Shown: positions 1 through 9,933 of the stretch, in pieces
How the letters are laid out: the number at the start of each line of letters is the position of its first letter
Numbering within the stretch: position 1 is the first letter of the stretch
DNA from: Spirochaetota bacterium
GTDB lineage: Bacteria > Spirochaetota > UBA4802 > UB4802
Assembly (NCBI GenBank): GCA_026414805.1
Contig: JAOAIH010000004.1
Coordinates: 15,808 to 79,807, forward strand
Length of the DNA: 64,000 nt
Direction: 5' to 3'
Notes under the pieces: generated by a model
What the model was told of the DNA's origin: nothing
The model's input: the letters and a program-made list of their open reading frames with translations, nothing else
The model's database searches: none
Position numbers and translations under genes: made by a program

Positions 1-153
1 CTTGAAGCAAAAGATTTTACAAATTTAAGTACAAAAGACAGTAAACCAAAAAAAATGGGAAAGCACATTGTATTGGACGATAAGAAGATTCAGTATGAAC
101 CAAAAATAATGGCAGAAGCTATACGAACTATGCTCAAACGTGATAAGGATTAA
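1..153 (+). CDS. 3' end of an upstream CDS that starts outside the window. Its position just before fliA suggests an flhF/flhG-type gene, but that is unproven.
   Basis: Open frame from base 1 with no stop for 50 codons in AT-rich DNA (...LEAKDFTNLSTKDSKPKKMGKHIVLDDKKIQYEPKIMAEAIRTMLKRDKD*), ending with TAA at 151-153. Confidence 0.5.
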   Translation, partial: LEAKDFTNLSTKDSKPKKMGKHIVLDDKKIQYEPKIMAEAIRTMLKRDKD

Positions 154-171
154 TTTAAATAACGAGGTTGT

Positions 172-972
172 ATGGCAAATAAAAAATTTAAGGAATTTGA
201 TGCAATTGATGAAGATGAACTTTGGAAACGATATGCCAAGACTCAAGATCAGGCAATAAGAGACTATTTTGTGATTAAATATGCACCTTTGGTAAAGTAT
301 GTTGCTGGAAAAATTGCTATGGGGATGCCAAGTTCTATAGAGTTTGATGACCTTGTTTCGTATGGTGTATTTGGATTAATTGATGCAATAACAAAATTTG
401 ATCCTGAACGTGGTATTAAATTCAAAACATACGCAATGACACGAATACGCGGTGCAATTTTTGATGAATTGCGTTCAATAGACTGGATACCTCGTTCAAT
501 ACGGCAAAAGGCCAAGCAAATTGAGCAGGCTATTGCAGACCTTGAAAACAAATTGGGAAGAACTGTTGAAGACGAGGAGATTGCTAAAGAGTTGGGAATC
601 ACTGTTGAAGAATTTCAATCATTACTCAATAAGCTCAGCGGCACAGCGATGCTATCATTGAATGATATATGGTATGTGGGCGATGAAAATGATGAGCTAT
701 CGATACTGGAAACTCTGGAAGCACCCGATACGCTGAATCCAGATGTTATGATAGAAAAGGAAGAAATTCGTGATTATATTGTTGATGCAATAAAAAAATT
801 GCCTGATAAAGAAAAAAAGGTGATAGTTCTGTATTATTATGAAGATCTTACACTTAAGGAAATTGGAGAAGTTCTTGAGGTTACCGAAAGCCGGGTATCG
901 CAGTTGCATACTAAAGCTATTATGCGATTACGAGGAAGATTGGGGAGGATTAAATCAAATATTGTTGGATAA
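172..972 (+). CDS. fliA: Flagellar RNA polymerase sigma factor sigma-28 (FliA/WhiG family)
   Basis: 266 aa. Sigma-70 region 2 ([39 protein letters not shown]), region 3, and a region 4 HTH ([29 protein letters not shown]). GAGG ribosome-binding site upstream. Confidence 0.9.
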   Translation: MANKKFKEFDAIDEDELWKRYAKTQDQAIRDYFVIKYAPLVKYVAGKIAMGMPSSIEFDDLVSYGVFGLIDAITKFDPERGIKFKTYAMTRIRGAIFDELRSIDWIPRSIRQKAKQIEQAIADLENKLGRTVEDEEIAKELGITVEEFQSLLNKLSGTAMLSLNDIWYVGDENDELSILETLEAPDTLNPDVMIEKEEIRDYIVDAIKKLPDKEKKVIVLYYYEDLTLKEIGEVLEVTESRVSQLHTKAIMRLRGRLGRIKSNIVG

Positions 973-1030
973 ATTGTAATTAAGGGCATATGCCAGATAA
1001 TTATAAAATGAATCTCTGGATATTAGTATC

Positions 1031-3007
1031 ATGAAGAAATTAAAAGATCTGATGAAAACAATACAGGATGATGAGTCATCCGAAAATGAAATAGAAGTGT
1101 TAGCTGATTCTGTGAAACAGGCACTGGAACTTGCTGCTACTGAACTTGGTGTTGATATTTCAGAGCTTGATTATCAGATTTTGGAAAAGGGTACATCAGG
1201 GTTCATGGGTATTGGAAGACAGCCGTATCGGGTTTTGGTACGCCCAATAATCTCTGAAAAAGAAGAGGAAGAAGATTTTAGAGCGATAGAACAAAAACTA
1301 CATACCATACCAGAAGCTGACCTTACAATTAAAGATGTACCAAAGAATGTTGATGGTTCTGCAAAAATACGAGTTACCAAAACAGGTATATGGTTGACAG
1401 TAACTCCACCAAAAGGAAGTGGCAGACGTGTAGACCTGTCAGATGTTACAAATAAAATATATGCATTGCGCATCCAAAATGCGGATATGTCAAAAATAGA
1501 AAAAGAAGTGCGCAATCCATCAGGCAAACCTATAAAAATAGGTGATTGGATTCCAAATCCAGAATATGATGGGACAATGACTGTTGAGATTACTGATGAT
1601 GAAATGAAAGCATTTGTTCATTTTGTTCCACCACGATTTTGCGGACGACATATGGATGTTGATGATGTTGTTGAAGCTTTGAAACGTGCAGGAGTAGTAA
1701 CAGGTATAAAAGAAGAAAGAATTGCCCAATATCTTGAAAAAATGGATTACAGCCAGCCTCTCCTTGCAGCGGAAGGAACTCCACCACGTCATGGACGTGA
1801 TGCATATATAGACTACAAAGTAAGAATTGATAAGAGTGGAATTCAGTTAGAGGAAGATGAAAAAGGAAGAGTTGATTTTAAGGATCTTGATTTACTTGAA
1901 AATGTTGTTGTTGGACAGGTGCTGGCAGTAAAGGTGCCTGCTGAGGAAGGGGTGCCGGGAAGAACGGTAACAAATAGAATCATTCCTGCCCGCTCTGGAA
2001 AGGATATTCAGATAAAATACGGGAAGGGAACAATATTGTCACAAGATGGCACAGAGCTAACTGCAGAAATTAATGGGCAGGTAGTGTACCAGAATGGTAA
2101 ACTCAGTGTTGAGCCTATATATGTTGTGAAAGGGGATGTTTCCACCGAGACAGGTAATATCGTATTTTTGGGTTCTGTTATTGTCAGTGGGAGTGTGCAG
2201 GATAATTTTACCGTAAAGGCTGCTGGCAATATTGAGATTAAAGGTACTGTACAAAAAGCAAATCTTGAAGCTGAAGGAGATATTATTATACGCCAGGGTA
2301 TAATGGGTAGGGAAGGAGCACGGATAGAATCAACTGGTGGTTCTATTATAGCTAAATTTATACAAACAGCAACGGTAGTAGCCGAAAAGGATGTGATAGT
2401 TGCTGAAGGTATTGTTCATTCCAATGTGGATGCAGGTAACAGAATTATTTGCAATGGAAGACGAGCCAGGATAGTTGGTGGATTAATTAGAGCTGGAGAG
2501 GAGGTCAATTCCAAGTATGTTGGGTCTGATTCATTTACTAAAACAGTTGTAAGAGTTGGAATGAATCCAAAAGTGCTCCAGCAACTTACAGAGTTGGAGG
2601 AAAACAAGCGAACTATTTCCGAGGAGTTTGATAAAGTAAGAAAGGATGTAACAACACTTACTGTACAAAAAAATAATGCTGGAGGTCATTTGCCAAAAGA
2701 TAAGGAAGAGCTTTTAGGCAAACTTGTTGCTCAAAAGCAAAAGTTGGAGCAGCGGCTCAATGAAATTAATCTGTCGCTGGAAGAATTGAAAGCGTATCTT
2801 AATATGCTAGAGCAGAAGGGCAAAGTATGTGTTGAAAAGACCATATTCCCAGGGGTAGAAATATATATTAAAGATAAACGTTTTAATGTTAAAGATCCTT
2901 ACAATTATGTGAAGTTTTCTCTTGAAGGAGCTGATATACGACTTTCTGAGTATGAACCTCCAGATTTGGGTGAAGCACAAAAATTAATGATAAGGAGGAG
3001 AAGGTAA
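1031..3007 (+). CDS. fapA: Flagellar assembly protein A-like (FapA/DUF342 family)
   Basis: 658 aa. The N-terminal domain, a long central beta-helix-like glycine- and valine-rich region (GNIVFLGSVIVSGSV..., GNIEIKGTV...) and a C-terminal coiled coil are typical of DUF342. Located directly after fliA. Confidence 0.7.
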   Translation: MKKLKDLMKTIQDDESSENEIEVLADSVKQALELAATELGVDISELDYQILEKGTSGFMGIGRQPYRVLVRPIISEKEEEEDFRAIEQKLHTIPEADLTIKDVPKNVDGSAKIRVTKTGIWLTVTPPKGSGRRVDLSDVTNKIYALRIQNADMSKIEKEVRNPSGKPIKIGDWIPNPEYDGTMTVEITDDEMKAFVHFVPPRFCGRHMDVDDVVEALKRAGVVTGIKEERIAQYLEKMDYSQPLLAAEGTPPRHGRDAYIDYKVRIDKSGIQLEEDEKGRVDFKDLDLLENVVVGQVLAVKVPAEEGVPGRTVTNRIIPARSGKDIQIKYGKGTILSQDGTELTAEINGQVVYQNGKLSVEPIYVVKGDVSTETGNIVFLGSVIVSGSVQDNFTVKAAGNIEIKGTVQKANLEAEGDIIIRQGIMGREGARIESTGGSIIAKFIQTATVVAEKDVIVAEGIVHSNVDAGNRIICNGRRARIVGGLIRAGEEVNSKYVGSDSFTKTVVRVGMNPKVLQQLTELEENKRTISEEFDKVRKDVTTLTVQKNNAGGHLPKDKEELLGKLVAQKQKLEQRLNEINLSLEELKAYLNMLEQKGKVCVEKTIFPGVEIYIKDKRFNVKDPYNYVKFSLEGADIRLSEYEPPDLGEAQKLMIRRRR

Positions 3008-3031
3008 GAAAGTTTTAACTGGGAGAAAGTT

Positions 3032-3343
3032 ATGGCAATCAAACCAATAGATTTGCAAACCAACATAGCCCAGATGATAGAAGTGGCTAGAGGAGAGCAT
3101 GCAAGAAATGCTGCTGCAGTTGAACAGCAACATATATTAAGTAAGGAATCTCAGGAAAAGGCTAATATTCAGAAGGAAAAGGTTGAAGAAAACAAAAAGG
3201 CAGAAAGAACAATAATTTTAAACGAAGAAAAACAGTTTAAGAAGGGGAAACAATTTCAAAAAGGAGAAAAGAAGGAAAAACAGGAGCAGCCTGAAATACC
3301 AGAAGATACAAAAATTGGAAGAATTATTGATGTAAAAAAATAA
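3032..3343 (+). CDS. Hypothetical lysine/glutamate-rich protein in the flagellar locus
   Basis: 103-aa ORF with a GGGAGA ribosome-binding site. Low-complexity, charged C-terminus. No recognisable domain. Confidence 0.5.
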   Translation: MAIKPIDLQTNIAQMIEVARGEHARNAAAVEQQHILSKESQEKANIQKEKVEENKKAERTIILNEEKQFKKGKQFQKGEKKEKQEQPEIPEDTKIGRIIDVKK

Positions 3344-3360
3344 AAAAGGAAGTATGCGCA

Positions 3361-4203
3361 ATGCAGCTTATTATTCTTATAATGGTGAATATTTTAATAG
3401 CATCTATATTTTATCTTATTATATCGCTTAAATTAGAGCGTTCAGCCACAGAATTCCGCTCAAAGAAGTTACGAAAAGAAATGGAAGAGCTTATCAATGA
3501 ATTTAATCATACGGCTGAACGTAATTTATCTTTGCTGGAATATAAAATTAATATCCTCCGTGAATTGCTAAAAAAAGCTGATGCATTACCAACACTTGAT
3601 ATAACCATTAATGATGATGAAAAAATAGCAGGTGCCAAAAAAACCAAAAAGAGATCAAGCCAAAAAATAGAAGATAACGATTCTGCATTGCACCCCAATA
3701 AAATGAGCATGCAATCAGTAAATTTTGAAACCCCTTATGATAGTAAAAAACAAACTGTTAGAGAATCAAATAATAATACATTATTATATCTTCAAAAAGA
3801 AGCTAACAGCTCTTTCCAGGAAAACAAATCACAACTTCCTACTGTTAAAGAACAATTAGCAGAAATAGGGAAAATTATTTTTTATAGATTGCGACAGTAT
3901 ATTGAAAATAAATCTGCTAAAAAAGCAAATAATTCTATTAATCAATATGTTGAAGATTTATCCAATACTGCTATTTTGGATTATGATGAACCTCAAGAAC
4001 AATTTCGTGGAAATTCAGATATGGCTATAAGCACTGCTTTTGATGAAAATGAATTGATGGCACTTTATCGGAATGCTGACGACAAATATTTGATGATTGC
4101 AAAATTGTATAGCCAGGGTTGTTCTCTACAGTTACTATCGAAAATTTCTGGAATTCCGGTTGGGGAGATATCGCTTATTTTGAATCTTTCAATGAAAAAA
4201 TAA
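3361..4203 (+). CDS. Hypothetical membrane-anchored protein with a C-terminal sigma-70 region-4-like helix-turn-helix
   Basis: 280 aa. N-terminal transmembrane helix (LIILIMVNILIASIFYLIISL). The C-terminus (ELMALYRNADDKYLMIAKLYSQGCSLQLLSKISGIPVGEISLILNL) resembles sigma region 4 or LuxR-type HTH. Sits between fapA and cheR. Confidence 0.55.
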   Translation: MQLIILIMVNILIASIFYLIISLKLERSATEFRSKKLRKEMEELINEFNHTAERNLSLLEYKINILRELLKKADALPTLDITINDDEKIAGAKKTKKRSSQKIEDNDSALHPNKMSMQSVNFETPYDSKKQTVRESNNNTLLYLQKEANSSFQENKSQLPTVKEQLAEIGKIIFYRLRQYIENKSAKKANNSINQYVEDLSNTAILDYDEPQEQFRGNSDMAISTAFDENELMALYRNADDKYLMIAKLYSQGCSLQLLSKISGIPVGEISLILNLSMKK

Positions 4204-4240
4204 TGGTTTATTCTATTGTTTGTTTGCAAATTGGTGAGGT

Positions 4241-5101
4241 ATGATTGATTTTTCAAATATCAAGAGATTAACAGAGGATGAGTTTAAAAAATTTGCTAAG
4301 TTAATATATGATGAAAGTGGGATTTTTTTAAAAGATTCCAAAATTACACTTTTATCAAACAGGTTACGAAAACGATTAAAGGCATTAAACCTTTCAGAAT
4401 TCTCAGAGTATTATAATTATATTACAAATCTTAAGGATAAAAGCAAGGAAATTGAAGAGTTACTGGATGTTGTATCTACCAATGAGACGTATTTTTTTAG
4501 AAATGAACGCCAGTTTGATGCTTTAAAAGATTTTTGCATACCAGAAATTATCAAAAAGAAAAAAGAAAAAATTTTGAAGATATGGAGTGCAGGATGTTCA
4601 ACAGGCGAAGAGCCTTATACAATAGCTATCTGTGTTATGGAATCACATGTCATTTCAAGTGGTTGGAATGTTTCAATTATTGCTACTGATATTGCCCCTT
4701 CAGTCCTTGAGTTTGCGCGTATAGGCAGATATACAGGAAGACGCATTGAAAAGGTGCCACCTGAAATTTTAAAAAAATACTTTACACAAATGCCAGATAA
4801 TCCTGAAGTGTATGAGGTAAAGGATGAGTTAAAAAAGTTGGTTTCGTTTTCATATCTCAATCTGTTTAAAAACCCTTATCCTCAAAATATTGATATAATA
4901 TTTTGCCGTAATGTGATGATATATTTTGACCGGGTACGTCAAAAAGAACTTATTGCAAATTTTTACAAGGTACTTAATCCATGGGGATACCTTTTTATTG
5001 GCCATTCGGAAACATTGCATGCATTGTCTGATGATTTCCAGTATGTCAAGATCATGGATTCGCCTGTATATGTTCCCAAGGAGAAAATAAATGGATTTTA
5101 A
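4241..5101 (+). CDS. cheR: Chemotaxis protein methyltransferase CheR
   Basis: 286 aa. CheR N-terminal helical domain plus SAM-methyltransferase motifs (ETYFFRNERQF, KIWSAGCSTGEEPYTIAI, IFCRNVMIYFD). Confidence 0.9.
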   Translation: MIDFSNIKRLTEDEFKKFAKLIYDESGIFLKDSKITLLSNRLRKRLKALNLSEFSEYYNYITNLKDKSKEIEELLDVVSTNETYFFRNERQFDALKDFCIPEIIKKKKEKILKIWSAGCSTGEEPYTIAICVMESHVISSGWNVSIIATDIAPSVLEFARIGRYTGRRIEKVPPEILKKYFTQMPDNPEVYEVKDELKKLVSFSYLNLFKNPYPQNIDIIFCRNVMIYFDRVRQKELIANFYKVLNPWGYLFIGHSETLHALSDDFQYVKIMDSPVYVPKEKINGF

Positions 5102-5570
5102 ACTTATTACTGTTCCAATAGCCGATTATAAAGTTTCAAAATCTCCAGATATATTGCGTACAATATTAGGTTCATGTGTGGGAATATGCCTGTATGATCC
5201 TGAAAACAAGATTGGTGGACTTGCCCATATTATGCTACCGGAAAATAATGATAAATCAACAAATCCAAAGAAATATGCTGATAGTGCGATAGCTCTTATG
5301 ATAGAGGAATTGTGCAAAAGTGGTGCAAATGCCGAGCATTTAGTAGCAAAAATTGCAGGTGGTGCATCAATGTTTAAAATGCCTGAAAATTCTTTTATTG
5401 GTTCAATAGGCATAAACAATGTACATAAAGTGCGGGATGTTTTGAATGAATACCATATAACGATTATTGGCGAAGATGTGTTTGGTGATTATGGTAGAAC
5501 GGTTGATTTTTTCCTGGAAACAGGGAAGCTAAAAATTAAGTCATTAGGCCGTGAGGATAAAGAAATATAG
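5091..5570 (+). CDS. cheD: Chemoreceptor glutamine deamidase CheD
   Basis: 159 aa. CheD signature LGSCVGICLYDP...GGLAHIMLP. Overlaps the cheR 3' end by 11 nt, implying translational coupling. Confidence 0.85.
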   Translation: MDFKLITVPIADYKVSKSPDILRTILGSCVGICLYDPENKIGGLAHIMLPENNDKSTNPKKYADSAIALMIEELCKSGANAEHLVAKIAGGASMFKMPENSFIGSIGINNVHKVRDVLNEYHITIIGEDVFGDYGRTVDFFLETGKLKIKSLGREDKEI

Positions 5571-5575
5571 AGTGA

Positions 5576-6451
5576 GTGTGGATTATGGAAAGTATGACAG
5601 GATATTCGTTTATTGAAAAAAGTACGGAACAGTTCACTTTTTCAATTGAAATTAAAACCTTAAATTCTAAGTACCTTGAAGTATATACAAATATCCCAAA
5701 AATACTGAAATCCGAAGATAATGCTATTACAAATTTACTTAAAAAAAGTTTTGAAAGAGGTAAGGTAGAATGTACTATTGATATTTATGATTGGGTTGAA
5801 TCTCGACCAGTTCATATTGACACTAATGTATTACTTAAATATTATAAAGAAATACATAGCTCTCTTGCAAAATTAAAAATACCAGCTAATTTTTCAATTG
5901 ATGCTTTATTACAACTTGATGGTGTAGTGCATAAAGAAAGGACAGTACTTTCAAAAAAATCAAAAGAGGATATTTATAATACTTTGGAAAAATCAATAGA
6001 ATTAGCAATTAAAATGCGACAGAAAGAAGGTAAGTCCATAAAAAAAGATCTAGAACTATCCCTCAAAGTGATTGAAAATGCATGCAATGATATTCAGAAG
6101 CTTGCAAATACAGTTGTAGAGTACCAGTTTAAGAGATTAAAAAAGGCATTGGAATCATTATTGCACAGCAAAGTTGATGATAACAGGATTTATACTGAGA
6201 TAGCAATATTAGCGGATAAGCAGGATATAAATGAAGAGCTGTCACGGCTAAAAGATCATATGCAAAAATTTAAAGATATACTGTTATCTGAGGGGCAAAA
6301 AGGTAGGCAACTAGATTTCCTTGCGCAGGAAATGTTTAGGGAAATAAATACAATTGGTTCAAAATCAAACAATGCTTATATAGCGCATAAAGTTGTTGAA
6401 GTTAAAAATCATATTGATAAGATTCGGGAACAATGCAGGAATATTGTGTAA
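5576..6451 (+). CDS. yicC: YicC-family protein (YicC_N + DUF1732)
   Basis: 291 aa. N-terminus MTGYSF...F.IEIKTLNSKYLEV and C-terminal DUF1732-like helices. Same synteny as Bacillus yloC-remA-gmk-rpoZ. Confidence 0.75.
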   Translation: MWIMESMTGYSFIEKSTEQFTFSIEIKTLNSKYLEVYTNIPKILKSEDNAITNLLKKSFERGKVECTIDIYDWVESRPVHIDTNVLLKYYKEIHSSLAKLKIPANFSIDALLQLDGVVHKERTVLSKKSKEDIYNTLEKSIELAIKMRQKEGKSIKKDLELSLKVIENACNDIQKLANTVVEYQFKRLKKALESLLHSKVDDNRIYTEIAILADKQDINEELSRLKDHMQKFKDILLSEGQKGRQLDFLAQEMFREINTIGSKSNNAYIAHKVVEVKNHIDKIREQCRNIV

Positions 6452-6472
6452 TCTGGGGAGAATTATAACACA

Positions 6473-6724
6473 ATGAAATCGACTACACTAATAAACATTG
6501 GCTTTGGCAATGCTGTTGTAGCTGAACGAGTAATAGCTGTCATTACCCCAATGTCTGCTTCAGGTAAGCGCTTACGTGAAGAAGCAAAAGAAAATAACAT
6601 GCTGATAGACGCAACTCATGGACGAAAAACGCGTGCTATAATTATAATGGATAGCAATCATGTAATATTATCGGCAATGCAACCGGAAACTATCGCAAAC
6701 AGATTAAATCAAAGTGAAGAATAG
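6473..6724 (+). CDS. remA: DUF370 / RemA-like regulatory protein
   Basis: 83 aa. [19 protein letters not shown]...[11 protein letters not shown]...[26 protein letters not shown] matches the RemA/DUF370 family. Confidence 0.75.
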   Translation: MKSTTLINIGFGNAVVAERVIAVITPMSASGKRLREEAKENNMLIDATHGRKTRAIIIMDSNHVILSAMQPETIANRLNQSEE

Positions 6725-6726
6725 GT

Positions 6727-7344
6727 ATGTTTTCAATAATTATTTCAGCGCCATCAGGTGCAGGGAAAACAACATTAATAGAAAGGCTTCTTATTCAAAA
6801 TCCTATTTTTGAATTTGCAATATCAACAACTACCAGAACAAAGAGGGCAAACGAAACTGAAGGTAAAAGTTATCATTATGTGAGTTATGAAGAGTTTATG
6901 CAAATGGTAGATAAGGGTGAATTCTTGGAATGGGCCAAGGTGCATGATAATTATTACGGTACAACAAAAAAAGAAGTTGACAGAATAAAAGCACTTTCAA
7001 AAATACCTATCTTTGATGTAGATGTACAGGGTGCACGCAGTTTGCGTAATAAATTACAAAATGTTATATCAATATTTATTATTCCACCATCCATTCAGGA
7101 ATTAGAAAAACGTTTGCGGCACCGTTCAACTGAAACGGAATATCAAATAGCTGTTAGATTGAACAATGCACTAGTTGAATTACGCGAATATGTAAATTAT
7201 GATTATATTGTAGTAAATGATGATTTGCAAAAAGCTCTTGATGAACTCAATGCAATTTTAAAGACTGTTATACTTAAACGTGAATATATGGAATCAGTAG
7301 TTAAAAGATTATTGGAGGGTGTACATGATTATACCATTAGATAA
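6727..7344 (+). CDS. gmk: Guanylate kinase
   Basis: 205 aa. P-loop ISAPSGAGKTTL, GMP-binding region (YHYVSYEEF...GEFLEWAKVHDNYYGT). Confidence 0.9.
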   Translation: MFSIIISAPSGAGKTTLIERLLIQNPIFEFAISTTTRTKRANETEGKSYHYVSYEEFMQMVDKGEFLEWAKVHDNYYGTTKKEVDRIKALSKIPIFDVDVQGARSLRNKLQNVISIFIIPPSIQELEKRLRHRSTETEYQIAVRLNNALVELREYVNYDYIVVNDDLQKALDELNAILKTVILKREYMESVVKRLLEGVHDYTIR

Positions 7345-7528
7345 ATTGATTGCATTGGAAGATAACAGATATGTCTTTTCCTGTGCTGCCATGAAAGTAG
7401 TTGATAAATTAGGTAACATTGAAGGGTATCCTGAAAGTGATAAAAACTGGAAGGTTGTCCCCAATATTTTAAATTTAATGCTTAATAATATAGTTAAATA
7501 TGAATTTAAAGAAGAAATAAAAGATTAA
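7319..7528 (+). CDS. rpoZ: DNA-directed RNA polymerase subunit omega
   Basis: 69 aa. Omega-like core LIALEDNRYVFSCAAMKVVDKL. Follows gmk as in many bacteria. The true start may be the internal Met (MIIPLDKL). Confidence 0.6.
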   Translation: MYMIIPLDKLIALEDNRYVFSCAAMKVVDKLGNIEGYPESDKNWKVVPNILNLMLNNIVKYEFKEEIKD

Positions 7529-7625
7529 AAGTTTGCAAAAACAGTATTTAATAATTCCAATAGTATAACACCTATGAGTATTTGATTATTGTATAAGTGG
7601 GTTATGATATTTTGGGATAAAGGAT

Positions 7626-8534
7626 TTGAATAATAAAGCTGTTGTTCTTGTAGGGCCAACGGCATCCGGAAAAACACGCATATCCCTTGAAATAGCACAT
7701 GATGTTTTTGAGATAATATCAGTAGATTCAGCGCAGGTTTATAAGTATATGGACATTGGTACAGGGAAGGTTGCCCCGTACTATCGTTCTTTGATAACAC
7801 ACTATTGTATAGATATTGTTAATCCGGATTATTGGTTCACTGCTGGGGATTTTTGTAGAGAAGCCGAAAATGCACTAGAAAAAGTGAGACAACACAATAA
7901 ATTGCCTCTTTTTGTTGGGGGTACAGGGCTATATTTTCAGGCTTTCTTATATGGACTGGCTCAACTTCCAAAAATAGATGCAACGATAAAAAAACAGTTA
8001 CACGAGGAATTACAACAAAAGGGGCTTGAGGCTTTGTATACTGAACTGTTGCAGCATGATCCACAGTGGGCACATCGTATTCATCCAAATGATACTCAAA
8101 GGATTTTGCGTGGTTTAGAAGTCTTCAGAGCAACCGGTATTCCTCTATCAAAGTTTCTACAGTCTGAGCACAAAAAAAGTAATCTAGAAATTCTTATGAT
8201 AGCGCTGGATGTTGAAAGAGATGAATTGTACTTGCGAATTGAACGCCGGGTTGATGAAATGATAAGTAATGGATTTGTGGAAGAAGTTAAAAATTTGAGG
8301 GCAATGGGCTATACGGAAAAGTTTAATTCACAAAAGGCTATTGGTTATTTGCAGTTACATAAGGTTTTGCAAAATGAGTTGGAGCTTGAGGAAGCAATTA
8401 AGTTAATAAAACAGGAAACAAAGCATTATGCAAAACGGCAAATTACATGGTTTAAGCGCTATAACCCTTTATGGGTATCACCGAATAATATTAAAAAAAT
8501 AAGGGAAATAATAACGCAATGGTTATTCAATTAG
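7626..8534 (+). CDS. miaA: tRNA dimethylallyltransferase MiaA
   Basis: 302 aa. P-loop VLVGPTASGKT, DSAQVYKYMDIGTGK, conserved HYAKRQITWFK C-terminal region. Confidence 0.9.
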   Translation: MNNKAVVLVGPTASGKTRISLEIAHDVFEIISVDSAQVYKYMDIGTGKVAPYYRSLITHYCIDIVNPDYWFTAGDFCREAENALEKVRQHNKLPLFVGGTGLYFQAFLYGLAQLPKIDATIKKQLHEELQQKGLEALYTELLQHDPQWAHRIHPNDTQRILRGLEVFRATGIPLSKFLQSEHKKSNLEILMIALDVERDELYLRIERRVDEMISNGFVEEVKNLRAMGYTEKFNSQKAIGYLQLHKVLQNELELEEAIKLIKQETKHYAKRQITWFKRYNPLWVSPNNIKKIREIITQWLFN

Positions 8535-8718
8535 TGTAGTACGATAGTTACTGAGTCATAAGCATTATAATAATAAATAATACTAATGATCAATTTTAAG
8601 ATATAATTTGTAAAAAAATATTGATATTATTTATGTTCAATGATATGTAAGTGTATTGTGGTGCAATATTGTTAAAATAAAATAATATATAAAATTAAAT
8701 AAATAAAGAGGGTACACA

Positions 8719-8949
8719 ATGGGCAAACAAACAAAAAATTTACAGGACACTTTTCTTAATGCTGCACGCAAAGATAAAGTGGAAATTACCATCTATCTTA
8801 TGAACGGCGTTCCGATCAAGGGGAAGGTTATCAGCTTTGATAGCTTTACAATTTTGGTTGAAGTTGACAAAAAGCAAAATCTTATCTATAAACATGCTAT
8901 ATCAACGATAATGCCGTCAAAGCCAGTTCAGTATAAAGATGAAGAATAA
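8719..8949 (+). CDS. hfq: RNA chaperone Hfq
   Basis: 76 aa. Sm1/Sm2 motifs ([42 protein letters not shown]...IYKHAISTI). Classic miaA-hfq order. Confidence 0.92.
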   Translation: MGKQTKNLQDTFLNAARKDKVEITIYLMNGVPIKGKVISFDSFTILVEVDKKQNLIYKHAISTIMPSKPVQYKDEE

Positions 8950-8952
8950 TAC

Positions 8953-9837
8953 ATGGGTAAAGTACAAAAAATTGTTGTTGCAGCGTTTATTATTGCTGCC
9001 CTTATTTATGTTTTTGTACGTGTAGTTGTGATTGTTGGAGATGGTGTAGTGGCAATTGTCACTGATAAAGAAGGTCAGGTATTAGGACAATTGCACAAAG
9101 GTGTTAATATAGTTCCTCAGGGGATAACTACTCACATTAAAGCACACTATATCCCACTGAATAATACATGTCATGTGGACATTACCATACCGGTTCCTCC
9201 ACTAGAAGTAATTAAAAGTGAACATTATTCTATTAAGATTCCTGTAGCTGTTACTTACAGGCTTAATCCGGGTCAATTATCACTTGATTTATACAAACTG
9301 TATTCAGATGCACAGTACCTGCCTCAACAAATTCAGCTACGATTACTTAGCAGTATTAAAGATAATATTGCCTTCCATCTTTATCCATACTACCAGTATA
9401 ATGTATTGCAAGCCAATATCAACAGGGAAATAGGGCAGGCGATAGCTCATGTTAAAGAATCTTTTATCAAAGAAGGCATACTGATACAAGATGCTACTGT
9501 GGGTGTCATCTATATGCCAGATTATGCTGTATATGCTGAGGGTAAAAAATTTTTACTTGAATTGCTGACACAGGAGAAATTGAATGCCATACAGCGTAAT
9601 GAATTGCAACATCAGCTCAAGCAAGAACAGATGCGAAATGAACAATATTTGGCCTATCTTGAAAAGATGTCACAAATTATTTCAAAAAACAAGGATATTT
9701 TGCAATATATTTATATTGACAAATTAGCGGATAATGTGAGGGTGATAGTTACTTCGGACAAAAATGTTCCATGGGATATAGCAAGTGAGAGTGGCTCAGA
9801 ATCTTTAAAGAAAGATTTTGATAATTTTAAAAAATAG
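8953..9837 (+). CDS. SPFH/band-7 (HflC/HflK-like) membrane protein, putative
   Basis: 294 aa. N-terminal transmembrane helix, then VVIVGDGVVAIVTDKEGQVLGQLHKGVNIVPQG..., which resembles the start of an SPFH domain. Position after hfq parallels hfq-hflXKC. The family assignment is only moderately supported. Confidence 0.45.
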   Translation: MGKVQKIVVAAFIIAALIYVFVRVVVIVGDGVVAIVTDKEGQVLGQLHKGVNIVPQGITTHIKAHYIPLNNTCHVDITIPVPPLEVIKSEHYSIKIPVAVTYRLNPGQLSLDLYKLYSDAQYLPQQIQLRLLSSIKDNIAFHLYPYYQYNVLQANINREIGQAIAHVKESFIKEGILIQDATVGVIYMPDYAVYAEGKKFLLELLTQEKLNAIQRNELQHQLKQEQMRNEQYLAYLEKMSQIISKNKDILQYIYIDKLADNVRVIVTSDKNVPWDIASESGSESLKKDFDNFKK

Positions 9838-9933
9838 TGGATTGGTGTATTAATTCCGTTGTATATTAATAATCAGATATAATAAATAAAGTATTTTTGT
9901 GACATATTTTTATAATAAGGAGAGTGAAACACT

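Noticed and set aside
25-246. 73-aa minus-strand ORF overlapping the fliA start
   Set aside because: It is antisense to the upstream partial CDS and the fliA start, has low-complexity hydrophobic content and shows no translation signals.
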